Of a stretch of 64,000 nt of DNA, positions 39,022-49,345 are shown piece after piece; position 1 is the stretch's first letter; every line of letters begins with the position of its first letter. This stretch comes from an uncultured Rhodospirillaceae bacterium (GTDB lineage Bacteria; Pseudomonadota; Alphaproteobacteria; UBA9219). Made by a program: the position numbers and the translations under genes. The stretch is from positions 64,372-128,371 of the forward strand of contig CAZPKC010000003.1 of assembly GCA_964587125.1 (NCBI GenBank), written 5' to 3'. The notes below the pieces were generated by a model. It ran no database searches, was not told the DNA's origin, and was given only the letters and a program-made list of their open reading frames with translations.

Positions 39022-41310
39022 ATGAAGAACACATTACGGATATTCAAAAAGCTGGTTTTGCTGACTGGTTTTTGCGTGGCTCTTATTCTTTTTCTTCTCG
39101 CGTTCACCTTGATGCAGTTGCGAAAAACGATGATTGAAGATCGCAAGACCGCCATTCATCAGCTGATTGAAGTCTCGATAAGCACGCTTGATTATTATCA
39201 CAAAGAGGAGATAACCGGCGAGCGCACAAAAGAAGCTGCCCAAGAGCGCGCAAAAATAGTTTTGAGAAGCATTCGTTTTGGGAAAGATGGTTATTTTTTC
39301 GCCCTTCATCCGAATGGGGTCATTGTTTTTCACGGAGTAACGCCAGCGCTCGAAGAAAAAAATCTGACAGATTTAAGAGATATCCATGAAAACTATTTCA
39401 TTCGAAAAATCATTGATAAAGGGTTCGCCGGTGGTGGATATACCTCCTATATGTGGCCAGAACCGAACAAAACACAGCCGCTCCCCAAAATAGTCTATTC
39501 TGTTCTCTACAAGCCTTGGAATTGGGTAATCGCGAATGGTGATTACATCGACGATATCGACGATGCCTTTTGGCTGCAGGCTAAAGATTGGGGAAAATGG
39601 GTTACGTTTCCTATTCTGCTTTTGTTTTTAGCGACGTTTTATCTGGGACGAACGATCGCCAGGCCCATCGCCGAACTGGAAAAGGCCAAGACCGCTGCCG
39701 AAGAAGCCAATCGGGCAAAAACGGATTTTCTCTCCACAATGAGCCACGAAATCCGCACGCCGATGAATGCGATCATCGGCATGTCGCAATTGTTGCTCGA
39801 TGCCGGGCTTACTCAGGAACAGCTTTCGTGGGGCCGGATTATTTACCAATCGGGAGAAAGTTTGCTGTCCCTTATCAACGATATTCTCGACTTTTCCAAA
39901 ATCGGGGACGGAAAGCTCGCGCTTGAAGAGATCAATTTCGATCTATGCGCCGCCGTCGCCGACGTAACGGACGGCCTTTCGATCAAGGCTCACGAAAAGG
40001 GGCTGGAAGTTCTGGTAGATTTTACCGCGGACGTTCCGCCGTATATCGTCGGCGATCCCGGGCGATTTAAGCAAATCCTCTTCAATCTGGTCGGAAACGC
40101 CCTAAAATTCACTTCGAAAGGGCATGTGCTGATTCAACTGGATGTCGGATGCAACGAAGGAGAAAACGTTACGCTCAACGTCAGCGTTCAGGATACGGGC
40201 ATCGGCATCCCCAAGGATAAAATCGATTACGTCTTCGAAAAATTCACGCAAGCCGAAAAATCCACGACGCGACGCTTTGGAGGAACGGGATTGGGATTGG
40301 CCATCGCCAAGCAGCTTGTCGCCCTGATGGGCGGCAAGATCAACGTCATCAGCGAAGAAGGATTGGGATCAAAGTTCTTTTGCGATCTTCACGTCAAGCG
40401 CGGCAAGTCCGAGCAGGAAATCAACACGATGCCTGACATCGTTCTTAAGGGCAGACGGGCCTTGGTTGTCGATGATTATGAAGCAAGCCGCATGCTTACC
40501 CAGAAATGCGTGGAAAAATATATGGAGATGCGTTGCGATACGGCAACGGCAACAAAAGAGGCCGAGCGAAAAATTATAGACGCGCTTCGAGAAAAAGACC
40601 CTTATGATTTTGTCATTCTCGATTACAAGCTTGGCGAGGAAAACGGTTTAATTTTCTGCGGGGAATTCACGCAAAAAAGCGATATTCAAACCATACCCTT
40701 GTTTGTCATGCTGACGGCTTACGGACGTTTCACGTCGCTGGAAAGCATGACTCAACACGGCGTTTCCGGATTTCTGGTTAAACCGTTTTTCCCCGCCCAA
40801 TTGGAAGCCATATTCAGGCTTTTGTTGAACGGACGGCAAAATCACACGCCAATGCCCATCGTCACGCGCCACAATATCATCAAAATGATGTACTGCAGCC
40901 TCACGAATAAATCGCAAGACCTTATACAGTGCATCGCAGGCATGCGCACCCTTGTCGCCGAGGACATGCCAGTCAATCGCCTATTGATGACGAAGGTTTT
41001 GGACAAATTCGATTGCAGCGTCGATACGGCGTCGAACGGCGAAGAAGCTTTTCAAAAAGCGATAAAAAACGATTATGATATTATCTTTATGGATTGCCAT
41101 ATGCCGGAAGTGGATGGTTTCGAGGCGACGCGCAGAATCAGGGAAATCGAAGCACCTGCCGGAAAACACACTATTATTATCGCGTTGACGGCAGACGCTA
41201 TGACGGGAGACAAGGAACGCTGTATAAAGGCAGGCATGGACGACCACATCGGCAAGCCCTTCAAGCAGGAGCAAATCGCCGAAATCATGAAAAAGTGGCG
41301 GCGTAATTAG
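39022..41310 (+). CDS. Hybrid sensor histidine kinase: sCache_2 periplasmic sensor, HisKA, HATPase_c and two receiver domains.
   Basis: The order is TM, sCache_2 ([15 protein letters not shown]....Y.DDID), TM, H-box SHEIRTPMN, the N/G1/G2 ATPase boxes, then two REC domains carrying the conserved D (VILDY; IFMDCHMP) and K residues. Confidence 0.9.
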   Translation: MKNTLRIFKKLVLLTGFCVALILFLLAFTLMQLRKTMIEDRKTAIHQLIEVSISTLDYYHKEEITGERTKEAAQERAKIVLRSIRFGKDGYFFALHPNGVIVFHGVTPALEEKNLTDLRDIHENYFIRKIIDKGFAGGGYTSYMWPEPNKTQPLPKIVYSVLYKPWNWVIANGDYIDDIDDAFWLQAKDWGKWVTFPILLLFLATFYLGRTIARPIAELEKAKTAAEEANRAKTDFLSTMSHEIRTPMNAIIGMSQLLLDAGLTQEQLSWGRIIYQSGESLLSLINDILDFSKIGDGKLALEEINFDLCAAVADVTDGLSIKAHEKGLEVLVDFTADVPPYIVGDPGRFKQILFNLVGNALKFTSKGHVLIQLDVGCNEGENVTLNVSVQDTGIGIPKDKIDYVFEKFTQAEKSTTRRFGGTGLGLAIAKQLVALMGGKINVISEEGLGSKFFCDLHVKRGKSEQEINTMPDIVLKGRRALVVDDYEASRMLTQKCVEKYMEMRCDTATATKEAERKIIDALREKDPYDFVILDYKLGEENGLIFCGEFTQKSDIQTIPLFVMLTAYGRFTSLESMTQHGVSGFLVKPFFPAQLEAIFRLLLNGRQNHTPMPIVTRHNIIKMMYCSLTNKSQDLIQCIAGMRTLVAEDMPVNRLLMTKVLDKFDCSVDTASNGEEAFQKAIKNDYDIIFMDCHMPEVDGFEATRRIREIEAPAGKHTIIIALTADAMTGDKERCIKAGMDDHIGKPFKQEQIAEIMKKWRRN

Positions 41311-42872
41311 AGCGGTATCGCTTTCGGCTTTGTCGCTTGCATCCACCAAACAATGATAAGCCGCGTGATCATGAGCGCCGAAAAGATCGACGTGATGATG
41401 CCGATGCTAAGAGTCACGGCAAAACCTTTGACCGGGCCCGAACCAAAAATAAAGAGCAAGATGGATGCGATGAGCGTCGTCATGTTCGCGTCCACAATCG
41501 CCGACAAAGCGTGGTTGTATCCGGCGTCGATCGAACCGACGACCGAACGGCCAAGGCGGATTTCCTCGCGGATGCGTTCGAACACCAGAACATTGGCGTC
41601 GAGCGCCGTCCCTATCGTCAGAACGATTCCCGCAATTCCCGGCAAAGTGAGCGTCGCCTGCAAAATCGACAGCACGGCAAAAATCAGCGCGATGTTGAAC
41701 ATCAAAGCGATGTCGGCGAAAATACCGAACAGGCCGTAGGCAAAGACGAAAAAAACAACGACGAGGGCAAGGCCGATAAGGCTTGCCGTAGCGCCCGCTT
41801 TGATCGAATCCGCGCCGAGACCCGGACCGACCGTTCGCTCTTCCAGAACCTTGATCGGCGCAGGCAACGCGCCCGCGCGCAAGAGCAAGGCGAGGTCTTG
41901 CGCCGATTGCGTCGTGAAATGGCCGGAGATGACGCCGCTACCACCCATAATCGCTTCGCGGATAACGGGCGCGCTGATGACTTTGTTATCGAGGACGATG
42001 GCGAACAGATGCCCGACATTGGTCCTTGTCGCTTCGCCGAAGCGACGGCCTCCGATAGAATCGAATTTAAAGCTGACGACGGGCATCCCATCCTGAAACG
42101 AGGGCTGGGCATCGACCAACGTATCGCCCGACACCATCACGCGCTTTTGAACGACGTAGTTGCGCGTATCCCCTTCCTCCGCGCTGGGTAAAATTTCCTC
42201 GCCCGGAGGCGCATGCACATCCTGCGGATTGGCTGTTTCGTCGACGAGGCGGAACGTCAGCTTCGCCGTCTGGCCCAGCAAATTCTTGATGCGTTCGGGA
42301 TCATCGACACCCGGCAACTGCACCAGAATACGATTGTCTCCCTGGCGTTGAATGGAGGGTTCGCGCGTTCCGGTTTCGTCAATGCGGCGGCGGACGATTT
42401 CAATCGATTGATCCATCGCCGCGCGTTTGCGTTCGGCAATTTTGGCTTCGCTCATTCTGAGCGTAAATTCGCCACTCTGAACAGTTACATCCAAATCGCG
42501 ATCCATGTCCTTCATCGCGTCTTTCGCCTGATCTTCTTGCTTCGCGTCCGTTAGCTTGAAATGGATCTCTCCCCCCGCAAGGCCGAGATCGGTATAACCG
42601 ATCTTTGCGGCGCGCAACGATGCGCGCGCTTGATCGACAATCATCTGCATATGTTCATCGATCACGTTATCGACGGCGACTTCCAGCAAAAGATGCGAGC
42701 CTCCGCGAAGATCAAGCCCCAGATTGACGGTTTGGTTGGGAAAGAAGGACGGCGTATGTTCCTGAAGCCATGCAGCGCGATCGCGGCCTAGTAAATTGGG
42801 CGAGGAATACAAAATGCCGATCGCGCATACGACGGCGATAAGAATGATTTTCCAGCGTTCCAGATAGACCAT
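41307..42872 (-). CDS. secD: Protein translocase subunit SecD.
   Basis: At 521 aa it has TM1, a large periplasmic domain and five C-terminal TM helices. yajC lies immediately upstream. No secF follows. Confidence 0.9.
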   Translation of the reverse strand: MVYLERWKIILIAVVCAIGILYSSPNLLGRDRAAWLQEHTPSFFPNQTVNLGLDLRGGSHLLLEVAVDNVIDEHMQMIVDQARASLRAAKIGYTDLGLAGGEIHFKLTDAKQEDQAKDAMKDMDRDLDVTVQSGEFTLRMSEAKIAERKRAAMDQSIEIVRRRIDETGTREPSIQRQGDNRILVQLPGVDDPERIKNLLGQTAKLTFRLVDETANPQDVHAPPGEEILPSAEEGDTRNYVVQKRVMVSGDTLVDAQPSFQDGMPVVSFKFDSIGGRRFGEATRTNVGHLFAIVLDNKVISAPVIREAIMGGSGVISGHFTTQSAQDLALLLRAGALPAPIKVLEERTVGPGLGADSIKAGATASLIGLALVVVFFVFAYGLFGIFADIALMFNIALIFAVLSILQATLTLPGIAGIVLTIGTALDANVLVFERIREEIRLGRSVVGSIDAGYNHALSAIVDANMTTLIASILLFIFGSGPVKGFAVTLSIGIITSIFSALMITRLIIVWWMQATKPKAIPL

Positions 42873-43258
42873 TATTTTTTCTCGCCCTCTTTAGCGGAAA
42901 CGGCATCTTGGGGTTTTTCTTCCAATGCGACCACATTATCGCGGTCGATTTTTATTTGCACGCCGTCCGCGATTTCAAGGATTAGAAATTTTTCTTCGAC
43001 CTTGGCGATTTTGCCGTGAATGCCTCCCGATGTCACAACACGATCGCCGCGTTGCAGCGCTTTGATCATTTTCTCCTGATCGGCAAGCTTCTTCTGTTGC
43101 GGACGGATGACAAGAAAAAACCAAACGGCGAAAAGAGAAGCTATCAAAAGAGCCTGCGGAGAAAAGATATCCGCCAATCCCGAACCGGCACCTCCCTGCG
43201 AGGCGGCTTCGTCCTGCGCGAAGGCGGAGGAAATAAAAAAGCTTGTCAGATCGAACAT
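42872..43258 (-). CDS. yajC: Preprotein translocase subunit YajC.
   Basis: An N-terminal TM helix and the conserved ITSGGIHGKI motif are present, upstream of secD. Confidence 0.85.
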   Translation of the reverse strand: MFDLTSFFISSAFAQDEAASQGGAGSGLADIFSPQALLIASLFAVWFFLVIRPQQKKLADQEKMIKALQRGDRVVTSGGIHGKIAKVEEKFLILEIADGVQIKIDRDNVVALEEKPQDAVSAKEGEKK

Positions 43259-43330
43259 AATTCCTCGCTAAAAAAAACTTTGGGCCTGGGCGACCCCACG
43301 ACCGTTGCTATACAGGAAAGACCGACTCAG

Positions 43331-43383
43331 CAAAAGAAAAAACCAAAGGCCGGAGACAAGAAATTTTCGCTTCCCGGTCTCCG
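43331..43383 (-). terminator. Rho-independent terminator after the OmpA-like gene.
   Basis: On the minus strand, the hairpin CGGAGAC...GTCTCCG is followed by TTGGTTTTTTCTTTT. Confidence 0.55.
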
Positions 43384-43411
43384 TCCTCTGATCGTCAATC
43401 TACCGTTCTTA

Positions 43412-43951
43412 TTACTTGATTTCGATTTCGACGCGACGGTCTTCGCTCAGGCAGGAAATCATCGCGGCGCGCGGCATATCGACAGCGCAATTTGTCTTGG
43501 GCTCGGACTTTCCGAGCGAACGAACCTGAATCTTATCGGCCTTGATGCCCTTCGCAACCAAGAAGTCCCGAACGGCCTTCGCGCGATTAAGCGCCAGCTT
43601 TTCATTAAACGCCGCATTGCCTACGCGATCGGCAAAACCGACGACGGAAACGGTTTTCTCGCCAAGGGTGTGATGAAGCTTCTTCGCCAAATGGCTAAGC
43701 TGATGATGCGCTTGAGCCGTCAAGCCGCTCTTGGCAAAATCAAAATAAACGACGCGCTCGTCGGAAACTTTAGTCATGGCTTCCGCATCGCACCCCCCCA
43801 TGCCATCCGTAAGAACGGCGATGCCATCCTTTGTCAACACAGGGGTTCCGTCAGCGGTGCGGAGAATTCCCGCATGGGCTGAACTGGACATCAGGGAGCC
43901 GAGAGTGATCACGGCTGCTAGGGCGACGGTTTTAGATGAAAAAGGGGTCAT
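43412..43951 (-). CDS. OmpA-family (Pal-like) periplasmic peptidoglycan-binding lipoprotein.
   Basis: It has a signal peptide with a lipobox-like region, and an OmpA C-terminal domain (NEKLALNRAKAVRDFLVAKGI...RRVEIEI). Confidence 0.8.
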   Translation of the reverse strand: MTPFSSKTVALAAVITLGSLMSSSAHAGILRTADGTPVLTKDGIAVLTDGMGGCDAEAMTKVSDERVVYFDFAKSGLTAQAHHQLSHLAKKLHHTLGEKTVSVVGFADRVGNAAFNEKLALNRAKAVRDFLVAKGIKADKIQVRSLGKSEPKTNCAVDMPRAAMISCLSEDRRVEIEIK

Positions 43952-44122
43952 TTGCGTTCTCTCGTTTTTCTGTTAAAGGGGGGAGGAAGGAAGCTATCCA
44001 CAACGCTTGAGATTATAGTCCCATCATGGAGTTGCATCAATCCCCAATCAATTTCTTTGACTTGTACCACCCGCATAAGATAGGATTTTCTCGTTAATTA
44101 TGTATTAAAGCCACATCATCGC

Positions 44123-44899
44123 ATGAATCCCCTCGCTCTCATCGGACGCACTTTTATTGATTTTCTATCGGTGGTAGGCCGCTTGGCGCGTTTTGCGATT
44201 CGCGGCGTCAGGCATTGTTTTTTACCGCCTTTTTACTTCCGCCAAACGTTGAAACAGTTCCTCGATATCGGCTATTACTCCCTGCCCGTCGTGGGGTTAA
44301 CGACTCTGTTCACGGGGATGGTTTTGGCCTTGCAAAGCCATACCGGATTCTCCCGATTCGACGCCGAAAGCGCCATTCCGACCGTCGTCGTGCTTTCGAT
44401 CACGCGCGAGCTGGGGCCGGTTATGGGCGGTCTTATGGTCGCCGGACGAATTGGCGCGTCCATCGCCGCCGAGCTGGGCACGATGCGCGTGACGGAGCAG
44501 ATCGACGCGCTTTCAACTCTTTCGACGAATCCTTTCAAGTATCTGATCGCGCCGCGACTGATCGCGGGAACGCTCATGCTGCCCATTCTGGTTCTGATCG
44601 GCGATATTATCGGCGTCTTCGGCGGCTTTCTGGTTTGCGTTTACGATCTTCAATTCAACGCCGCTAACTACATCTCGCAAACGTGGCAATATCTTGAAAA
44701 CCGCGACGTGACGTCCGGCTTGTGGAAAGCCGCCGTGTTCGGTTTTATCATCACGCTGATGGGCTGCTATCACGGCTTCAATTCCAAGGGCGGCGCGCAG
44801 GGCGTGGGCAAGGCCACAACGAACGCGGTCGTTTCCGCTTCTATTCTCATCCTTGTCACAAACTATCTGCTGACGGGATTGTTCTTTGCCGGAAAATAA
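44123..44899 (+). CDS. mlaE: Mla-type ABC transporter permease.
   Basis: The protein is in the MlaE/YrbE permease family, with ITRELGPVMGGLMVAGRIGASIAAELGTMRVTEQIDAL. Confidence 0.85.
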   Translation: MNPLALIGRTFIDFLSVVGRLARFAIRGVRHCFLPPFYFRQTLKQFLDIGYYSLPVVGLTTLFTGMVLALQSHTGFSRFDAESAIPTVVVLSITRELGPVMGGLMVAGRIGASIAAELGTMRVTEQIDALSTLSTNPFKYLIAPRLIAGTLMLPILVLIGDIIGVFGGFLVCVYDLQFNAANYISQTWQYLENRDVTSGLWKAAVFGFIITLMGCYHGFNSKGGAQGVGKATTNAVVSASILILVTNYLLTGLFFAGK

Positions 44900-44900
44900 A

Positions 44901-45677
44901 ATGACTTCTGTCCCCAAAATCGAACTTTCCGGCCTTACGAAATCTTTCGACGACAAGCATGTCTTGCGCGGCATCGATCTATCCATCGGCAAGGGCGAAT
45001 CCGTCGTTATCATCGGCGGTTCGGGCACCGGTAAATCGGTCACGCTTAAGTGCATTCTCGGACTTCTTGATGTTGACGGCGGGACGGTCAAGATCGACGG
45101 TCAGAACGTCACGAATTTAAGAGGTGGCGCTCTCGACGCTCATCAGGCGAAATTCGGCATGTTATTTCAGGGTTCGGCTTTGTTCGACTCCCTGCCCGTC
45201 TGGAGCAATGTCGCTTTCAAGCTCATACAGTCGCCCCATATCTCGGCCAAAGAAGCCAAGAAGCGCGCGATCGAGACGCTGGCTTCGGTGGGGCTTGCTC
45301 CCGACGTCGCGGATATTTACCCGGCCGAACTTTCCGGCGGCATGCAAAAACGCGTGGCGCTTGCGCGCGCAATCGCTTCGAGGCCCGAGATCATTTTTTT
45401 CGACGAGCCGACAACCGGCCTCGATCCCATCATGGCCGACATCATCAACGAATTGATCGTCAAATGCGTGCGCGAGGTCGGCGCGACCGCCGTTTCGATC
45501 ACACATGACATGACGAGCGCGCGGAAAATTTCGGATCGTATCGCCATGCTTTACGACGGGCGCATCATCTGGCAAGGGCGCAAGGACGAAATCGACCATT
45601 CCGGCAATCCCTACGTCGAGCAATTCATCCACGGACGCGCCGAGGGGCCTATCAAGATGCAAGTCAGGAAGATGTAA
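44901..45677 (+). CDS. mlaF: Mla-type ABC transporter ATP-binding protein.
   Basis: Walker A GGSGTGKS, the signature LSGGMQKRVALARA and Walker B IIFFDEPT are present. The start could instead be 44886. Confidence 0.85.
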   Translation: MTSVPKIELSGLTKSFDDKHVLRGIDLSIGKGESVVIIGGSGTGKSVTLKCILGLLDVDGGTVKIDGQNVTNLRGGALDAHQAKFGMLFQGSALFDSLPVWSNVAFKLIQSPHISAKEAKKRAIETLASVGLAPDVADIYPAELSGGMQKRVALARAIASRPEIIFFDEPTTGLDPIMADIINELIVKCVREVGATAVSITHDMTSARKISDRIAMLYDGRIIWQGRKDEIDHSGNPYVEQFIHGRAEGPIKMQVRKM

Positions 45678-45720
45678 CCAACGTATCGCTGTTTTTGTAT
45701 CGGAGGACGGCCGGTTCACG

Positions 45721-46959
45721 ATGAACGATTCCTCGCTCGCGCAACTTGAAAAAAAAATCGCCGGACTTGAGCGGAAGCTCGATGCCTATGTGACAGCCCA
45801 GTCGTTAGCGCAGGTTTCGAGAATTTATCCCAAGACGAAAACGGTTATTTTTGTTTGCAACGCGTCTTTTTCCAATAACATCAAATATGCCTATCTCGCC
45901 TTTCATGAAGAACTGCGCGATAAAAACGTGAATTATGCCCTTTTCACGCAAGATTCCGCGCAGCAGAACTTGCTCAAAGCCGCAGGGCTTCCCTGCCTGA
46001 CGCCCTCCGATCCGCGCTATCTGCCGACGATGCTGGGCGCAAAAGTCGCGGTTCTTGACGATAATTTTTATCCGGAGAACGCCGGAGGCGCTGTTCCTCA
46101 CGCGCTTCTTCAGGGCGCGAAGTTCATCCAGTTGTGGCATGGAGTCCCTCTTAAGGAAATCGGCCTGCAAAGCCTTTCGCGCGTCGACGTGATGGCCGCC
46201 TGCGGACCTTTCGACACGCTTGTCGCGACCAACAAATCGTCGCGCGACGTTTGGGCGCAGCGTTTTTCGTTTCGGAAATTTGCGGCTCTTGGCTATCCGC
46301 GCAACGACGTTTTTTTCCGCGAGCTTACGAAAAACGATCTTCTCAACGTCGATTTGGAAACCTTGTCCGCCGCGCAGGCGGCGCAACGCGAAGGCAAGCC
46401 CGTTCTTATGTACGCGCCGACCTTCCGCGATCACGCCGGTCCGGGGTGGTTCGAGAAAGTCGATATAACGAAACTGGCCGATTTTTGCGCGGCGCGCGGC
46501 ATCCTTTTTCTCGTCAACCTTCATCCCGGCGAACAAGACGCCGTCGTCAAATTACGCCAGATTTATCCCGCCCTGCGGTTCGTCGCGCCGCATACGGATA
46601 TATATCCTATCGTCAAACATACCGACGCCATGTTGACGGATTATTCTTCTCTGGCGTTCGATTTTTTGCTCCTCGACCGGCCCGTTTTGTTTTACCGGCC
46701 CGACCATCAGGAATATGTCACAAGGGCGCGACCGCTTATCCCCGGGCGCGACCATTACACGCCGGGGCCCGTCGCCTCGACAATGGCGGAGCTGATTGCC
46801 GCAACCGAAGCTACCCTCACCATAGCGGGCCGCCAGGATTCCGATCCGTTTTGCAAAGCGCGAATTGCTTTACGCGATGAACTTTTCGACAATCGCGACG
46901 GCGAATCCGGAAAGCGGGTGTATGAGGAGATTATGAAAAGTCTCGAAGCGCCTTTATAA
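45721..46959 (+). CDS. CDP-glycerol glycerophosphotransferase family protein (TagB/TagF-like, Glyphos_transf).
   Basis: It has the family motifs YAPTFR and TDYSSLAFDFLLLDRPVLFY, and the C-terminal GT-B half. Confidence 0.75.
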   Translation: MNDSSLAQLEKKIAGLERKLDAYVTAQSLAQVSRIYPKTKTVIFVCNASFSNNIKYAYLAFHEELRDKNVNYALFTQDSAQQNLLKAAGLPCLTPSDPRYLPTMLGAKVAVLDDNFYPENAGGAVPHALLQGAKFIQLWHGVPLKEIGLQSLSRVDVMAACGPFDTLVATNKSSRDVWAQRFSFRKFAALGYPRNDVFFRELTKNDLLNVDLETLSAAQAAQREGKPVLMYAPTFRDHAGPGWFEKVDITKLADFCAARGILFLVNLHPGEQDAVVKLRQIYPALRFVAPHTDIYPIVKHTDAMLTDYSSLAFDFLLLDRPVLFYRPDHQEYVTRARPLIPGRDHYTPGPVASTMAELIAATEATLTIAGRQDSDPFCKARIALRDELFDNRDGESGKRVYEEIMKSLEAPL

Positions 46960-47340
46960 AAGAAAGCCTCCGCTTATTCGTCCGACAAACCTCTCTTCGT
47001 CATATCGCTCTCATAAACGCCTCGTATGAAACCTCACTCAAAAAATAGGTGGCGCGCGCCCCCTTCCCGCGTTTGATAAGCGCGAGACGGCAGCAGTGAC
47101 TACCTTACCGGCTGTTTTTCGGTGTTTATCTCGCGTCTGCATGCCGATGCGAGCCCGAAAACAAACCGGTTGCACCTTTCTTAAGGGTGCGCGGCCAATA
47201 TAATGCGCGTTAAATCGAAAGTCAAGGGAAAAATCACATATAGTGGGAAATATCTTATATTGCGCTTGTTTCCGAGGCGATTCATTTGCAATGAAGTCTA
47301 TATGGATAGTCGCAGCTGCGGCAAATGCGGCTCTGAATAG

Positions 47341-49080
47341 CTAAAACAACCCCGTGATTTTTCCGTCCGGCGTCACGGCGATGTTGTTCGCGGCGGGAAC
47401 TTTTGGAAGGCCGGGCATCGTCAGAATATCGCCGCAGAGCGCGACGACGAATTCGGCTCCCGCCGAGATGCGCACGTTGCGGACGGGAATAATGTGTCCT
47501 GTCGGCGCGCCTTTGACCGCGGGATCGGTCGTAAAGCTGTATTGCGTTTTGGCGATGCAGACGGGCATATTTCCGAATCCGTCTTTTTCGAATTCCTTGA
47601 GCTTTTTCTCCGCGTCGGCGTCGATGGCGATGTCGGCGGCTCCGTATATTTCGCGCGCGACGGTGCGGATTTTTTCAGGTAAAGGCATTTCGTCGGGATA
47701 AAGCGGCTTGAAGCGGGACGGCTTCGTTTCGATCGTGCGCACGACTTCGTTGGCGAGATCGACGGCCCCCGCGCCGCCCGAGCCCCAATGATCGGCCAAA
47801 ACGCAGGGAACGCCGTGTTTTCCGACCAGACGATTCAACAAATCCATCTCGGCTTGGGTATCGGTGCTGAAGCGGTTGATGGAAACGACGACCGGAACGC
47901 CGAATTTTTTGACGTTTTCGATATGGCGGTCGAGATTGGAGAAGCCTTTTTCCAAAGCCGCAAGATTTTCGGCCTTCAAATCCTCCTTGGCGACTCCGCC
48001 ATGCATTTTCAAAGCGCGGATCGTCGCGACGATGACGGTGCAATCGGGTTTCAATCCCGCCTTGCGGCATTTGATGTCGAAAAATTTCTCCGCGCCCAGA
48101 TCGGCGCCGAATCCCGCTTCCGTCACGACATAATCGGCAAGCTTAAGCCCTGCCTTGGTGGCGATGACGGAATTGCATCCGTGCGCGATGTTGGCGAACG
48201 GCCCTCCATGAACGATTGCGGGATTATTTTCCAGCGTTTGCACCAAATTCGGCTGTATCGCGTCTATGAGCAACGCCGTCATCGAGCCCACGGCGTTAAG
48301 TTCGCTGGCGCGGACATAGCGGCGGTCTCTTGTCTGGCCGACGATGATGTTGCCCAATCTGCGCTGCAAATCGGCAAGGTCTCTCGCAAGGCAGAAAATC
48401 GCCATGACTTCGGATGCGACCGTGATGTCGAAGCCGTCCTCGCGCGGATAGCCGTTGCCCGCGCCTCCGAGCGACTGAACGATGCAGCGCAGGGCGCGGT
48501 CGTTCATGTCGAGCGCGCGGCGCAACGCGATGCGGCGCACGTCGAGGCCGAGCGTATTGCCCCAATAGACATGATTATCGACAAGCGCCGCCAGCAGATT
48601 GTTGGCCGTCCCTATGGCGTGGAAATCGCCGGTAAAATGCAGGTTAATGTCCTCCATCGGCGCGACTTGGGCATAGCCTCCGCCCGTCGCTCCGCCTTTC
48701 TGCCCGAAGCAAGGACCCAAAGAGGGTTCGCGCAGGCAATTCAGGGATTTTTTGCCGATGAGATTCAAGGCGTCATTCAGGCCGATCGCCGTGGTCGTCT
48801 TGCCTTCGCCAGCCGGAGTCGGACTGATGGCGGTAACCAAAATCAATTTTCCATCCGGGCGGTTTTTTAGGGAGGAAATATAGTTGAGAGAAATTTTCGC
48901 TTTGGTATGCCCATAGGGAGATACGTGCTCGGATAGAATGCCCAAGCGGTCGCGGGCGATATCGACAATCGGTTTGAGAGAAGCGGCTTGCGAAATTTCA
49001 ATATCCGTTTTTGGCGCAGCGTGCTGATTATTTTTGCCTTTTGCCGTGTGGTTTAAAGATTCTTTTTTCTGCGTATTCAT
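47341..49080 (-). CDS. fhs: Formate--tetrahydrofolate ligase.
   Basis: It is a 579-aa FTHFS with a P-loop-like [11 protein letters not shown] and conserved C-terminal motifs. Confidence 0.9.
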   Translation of the reverse strand: MNTQKKESLNHTAKGKNNQHAAPKTDIEISQAASLKPIVDIARDRLGILSEHVSPYGHTKAKISLNYISSLKNRPDGKLILVTAISPTPAGEGKTTTAIGLNDALNLIGKKSLNCLREPSLGPCFGQKGGATGGGYAQVAPMEDINLHFTGDFHAIGTANNLLAALVDNHVYWGNTLGLDVRRIALRRALDMNDRALRCIVQSLGGAGNGYPREDGFDITVASEVMAIFCLARDLADLQRRLGNIIVGQTRDRRYVRASELNAVGSMTALLIDAIQPNLVQTLENNPAIVHGGPFANIAHGCNSVIATKAGLKLADYVVTEAGFGADLGAEKFFDIKCRKAGLKPDCTVIVATIRALKMHGGVAKEDLKAENLAALEKGFSNLDRHIENVKKFGVPVVVSINRFSTDTQAEMDLLNRLVGKHGVPCVLADHWGSGGAGAVDLANEVVRTIETKPSRFKPLYPDEMPLPEKIRTVAREIYGAADIAIDADAEKKLKEFEKDGFGNMPVCIAKTQYSFTTDPAVKGAPTGHIIPVRNVRISAGAEFVVALCGDILTMPGLPKVPAANNIAVTPDGKITGLF

Positions 49081-49243
49081 GCGCGAACTCCATAATGAGA
49101 GGGAGACTCACTTGGTAATATGCCAACAATAGGAAGGTCAAGGGGCTGAGGGTATTTTGGCTTAAAAAATACCCGATTTAAGTTGCTTTTTTGGCGATTC
49201 CATACCCAATATTCGGCGCTTTCCCGGTTCACCGAGGTTTCCC

Positions 49244-49333
49244 GTGATCATTGATCTGTATCTTGGCGGTTTGGTCGCGTTGGCGCTCGGAATTTATCTG
49301 GGCTATGCCCTGTTTCACCCCGAAGAGTTTTAG
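49244..49333 (+). CDS. kdpF: K+-transporting ATPase subunit F (29 aa, single TM). It is absent from the ORF track because it is short.
   Basis: It has a GTG start with a GAGG RBS. The translation VIIDLYLGGLVALALGIYLGYALFHPEEF resembles E. coli KdpF. It sits directly upstream of kdpA. Confidence 0.7.
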   Translation: MIIDLYLGGLVALALGIYLGYALFHPEEF

Positions 49334-49345
49334 GCGGAGCATTTC

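Noticed and set aside
47788-48870. Long antisense or alternate-frame ORFs. Examples: 47788-48870 inside fhs; 51575-52759 and 52204-52929 inside kdpB; 21359-22771 inside sppA; 8839-9654 inside the MCP; 4649-5545 inside scpA; 54854-55591 inside kdpD.
   Set aside because: These are typical GC-rich shadow ORFs opposite well-supported conserved genes. They have Arg/Gly/Ala-rich translations and no RBS.
49081-49243. A possible ZTP (pfl) riboswitch in the fhs 5' leader. The idea came from ACCGGG and GGGAAACC fragments and the fact that fhs is a classic ZTP target.
   Set aside because: The conserved GGGUCGUGA...UGGCG 5' half and the CCGCCUGGGCA 3' pseudoknot element are absent. The candidate region would also overlap kdpF on the other strand.
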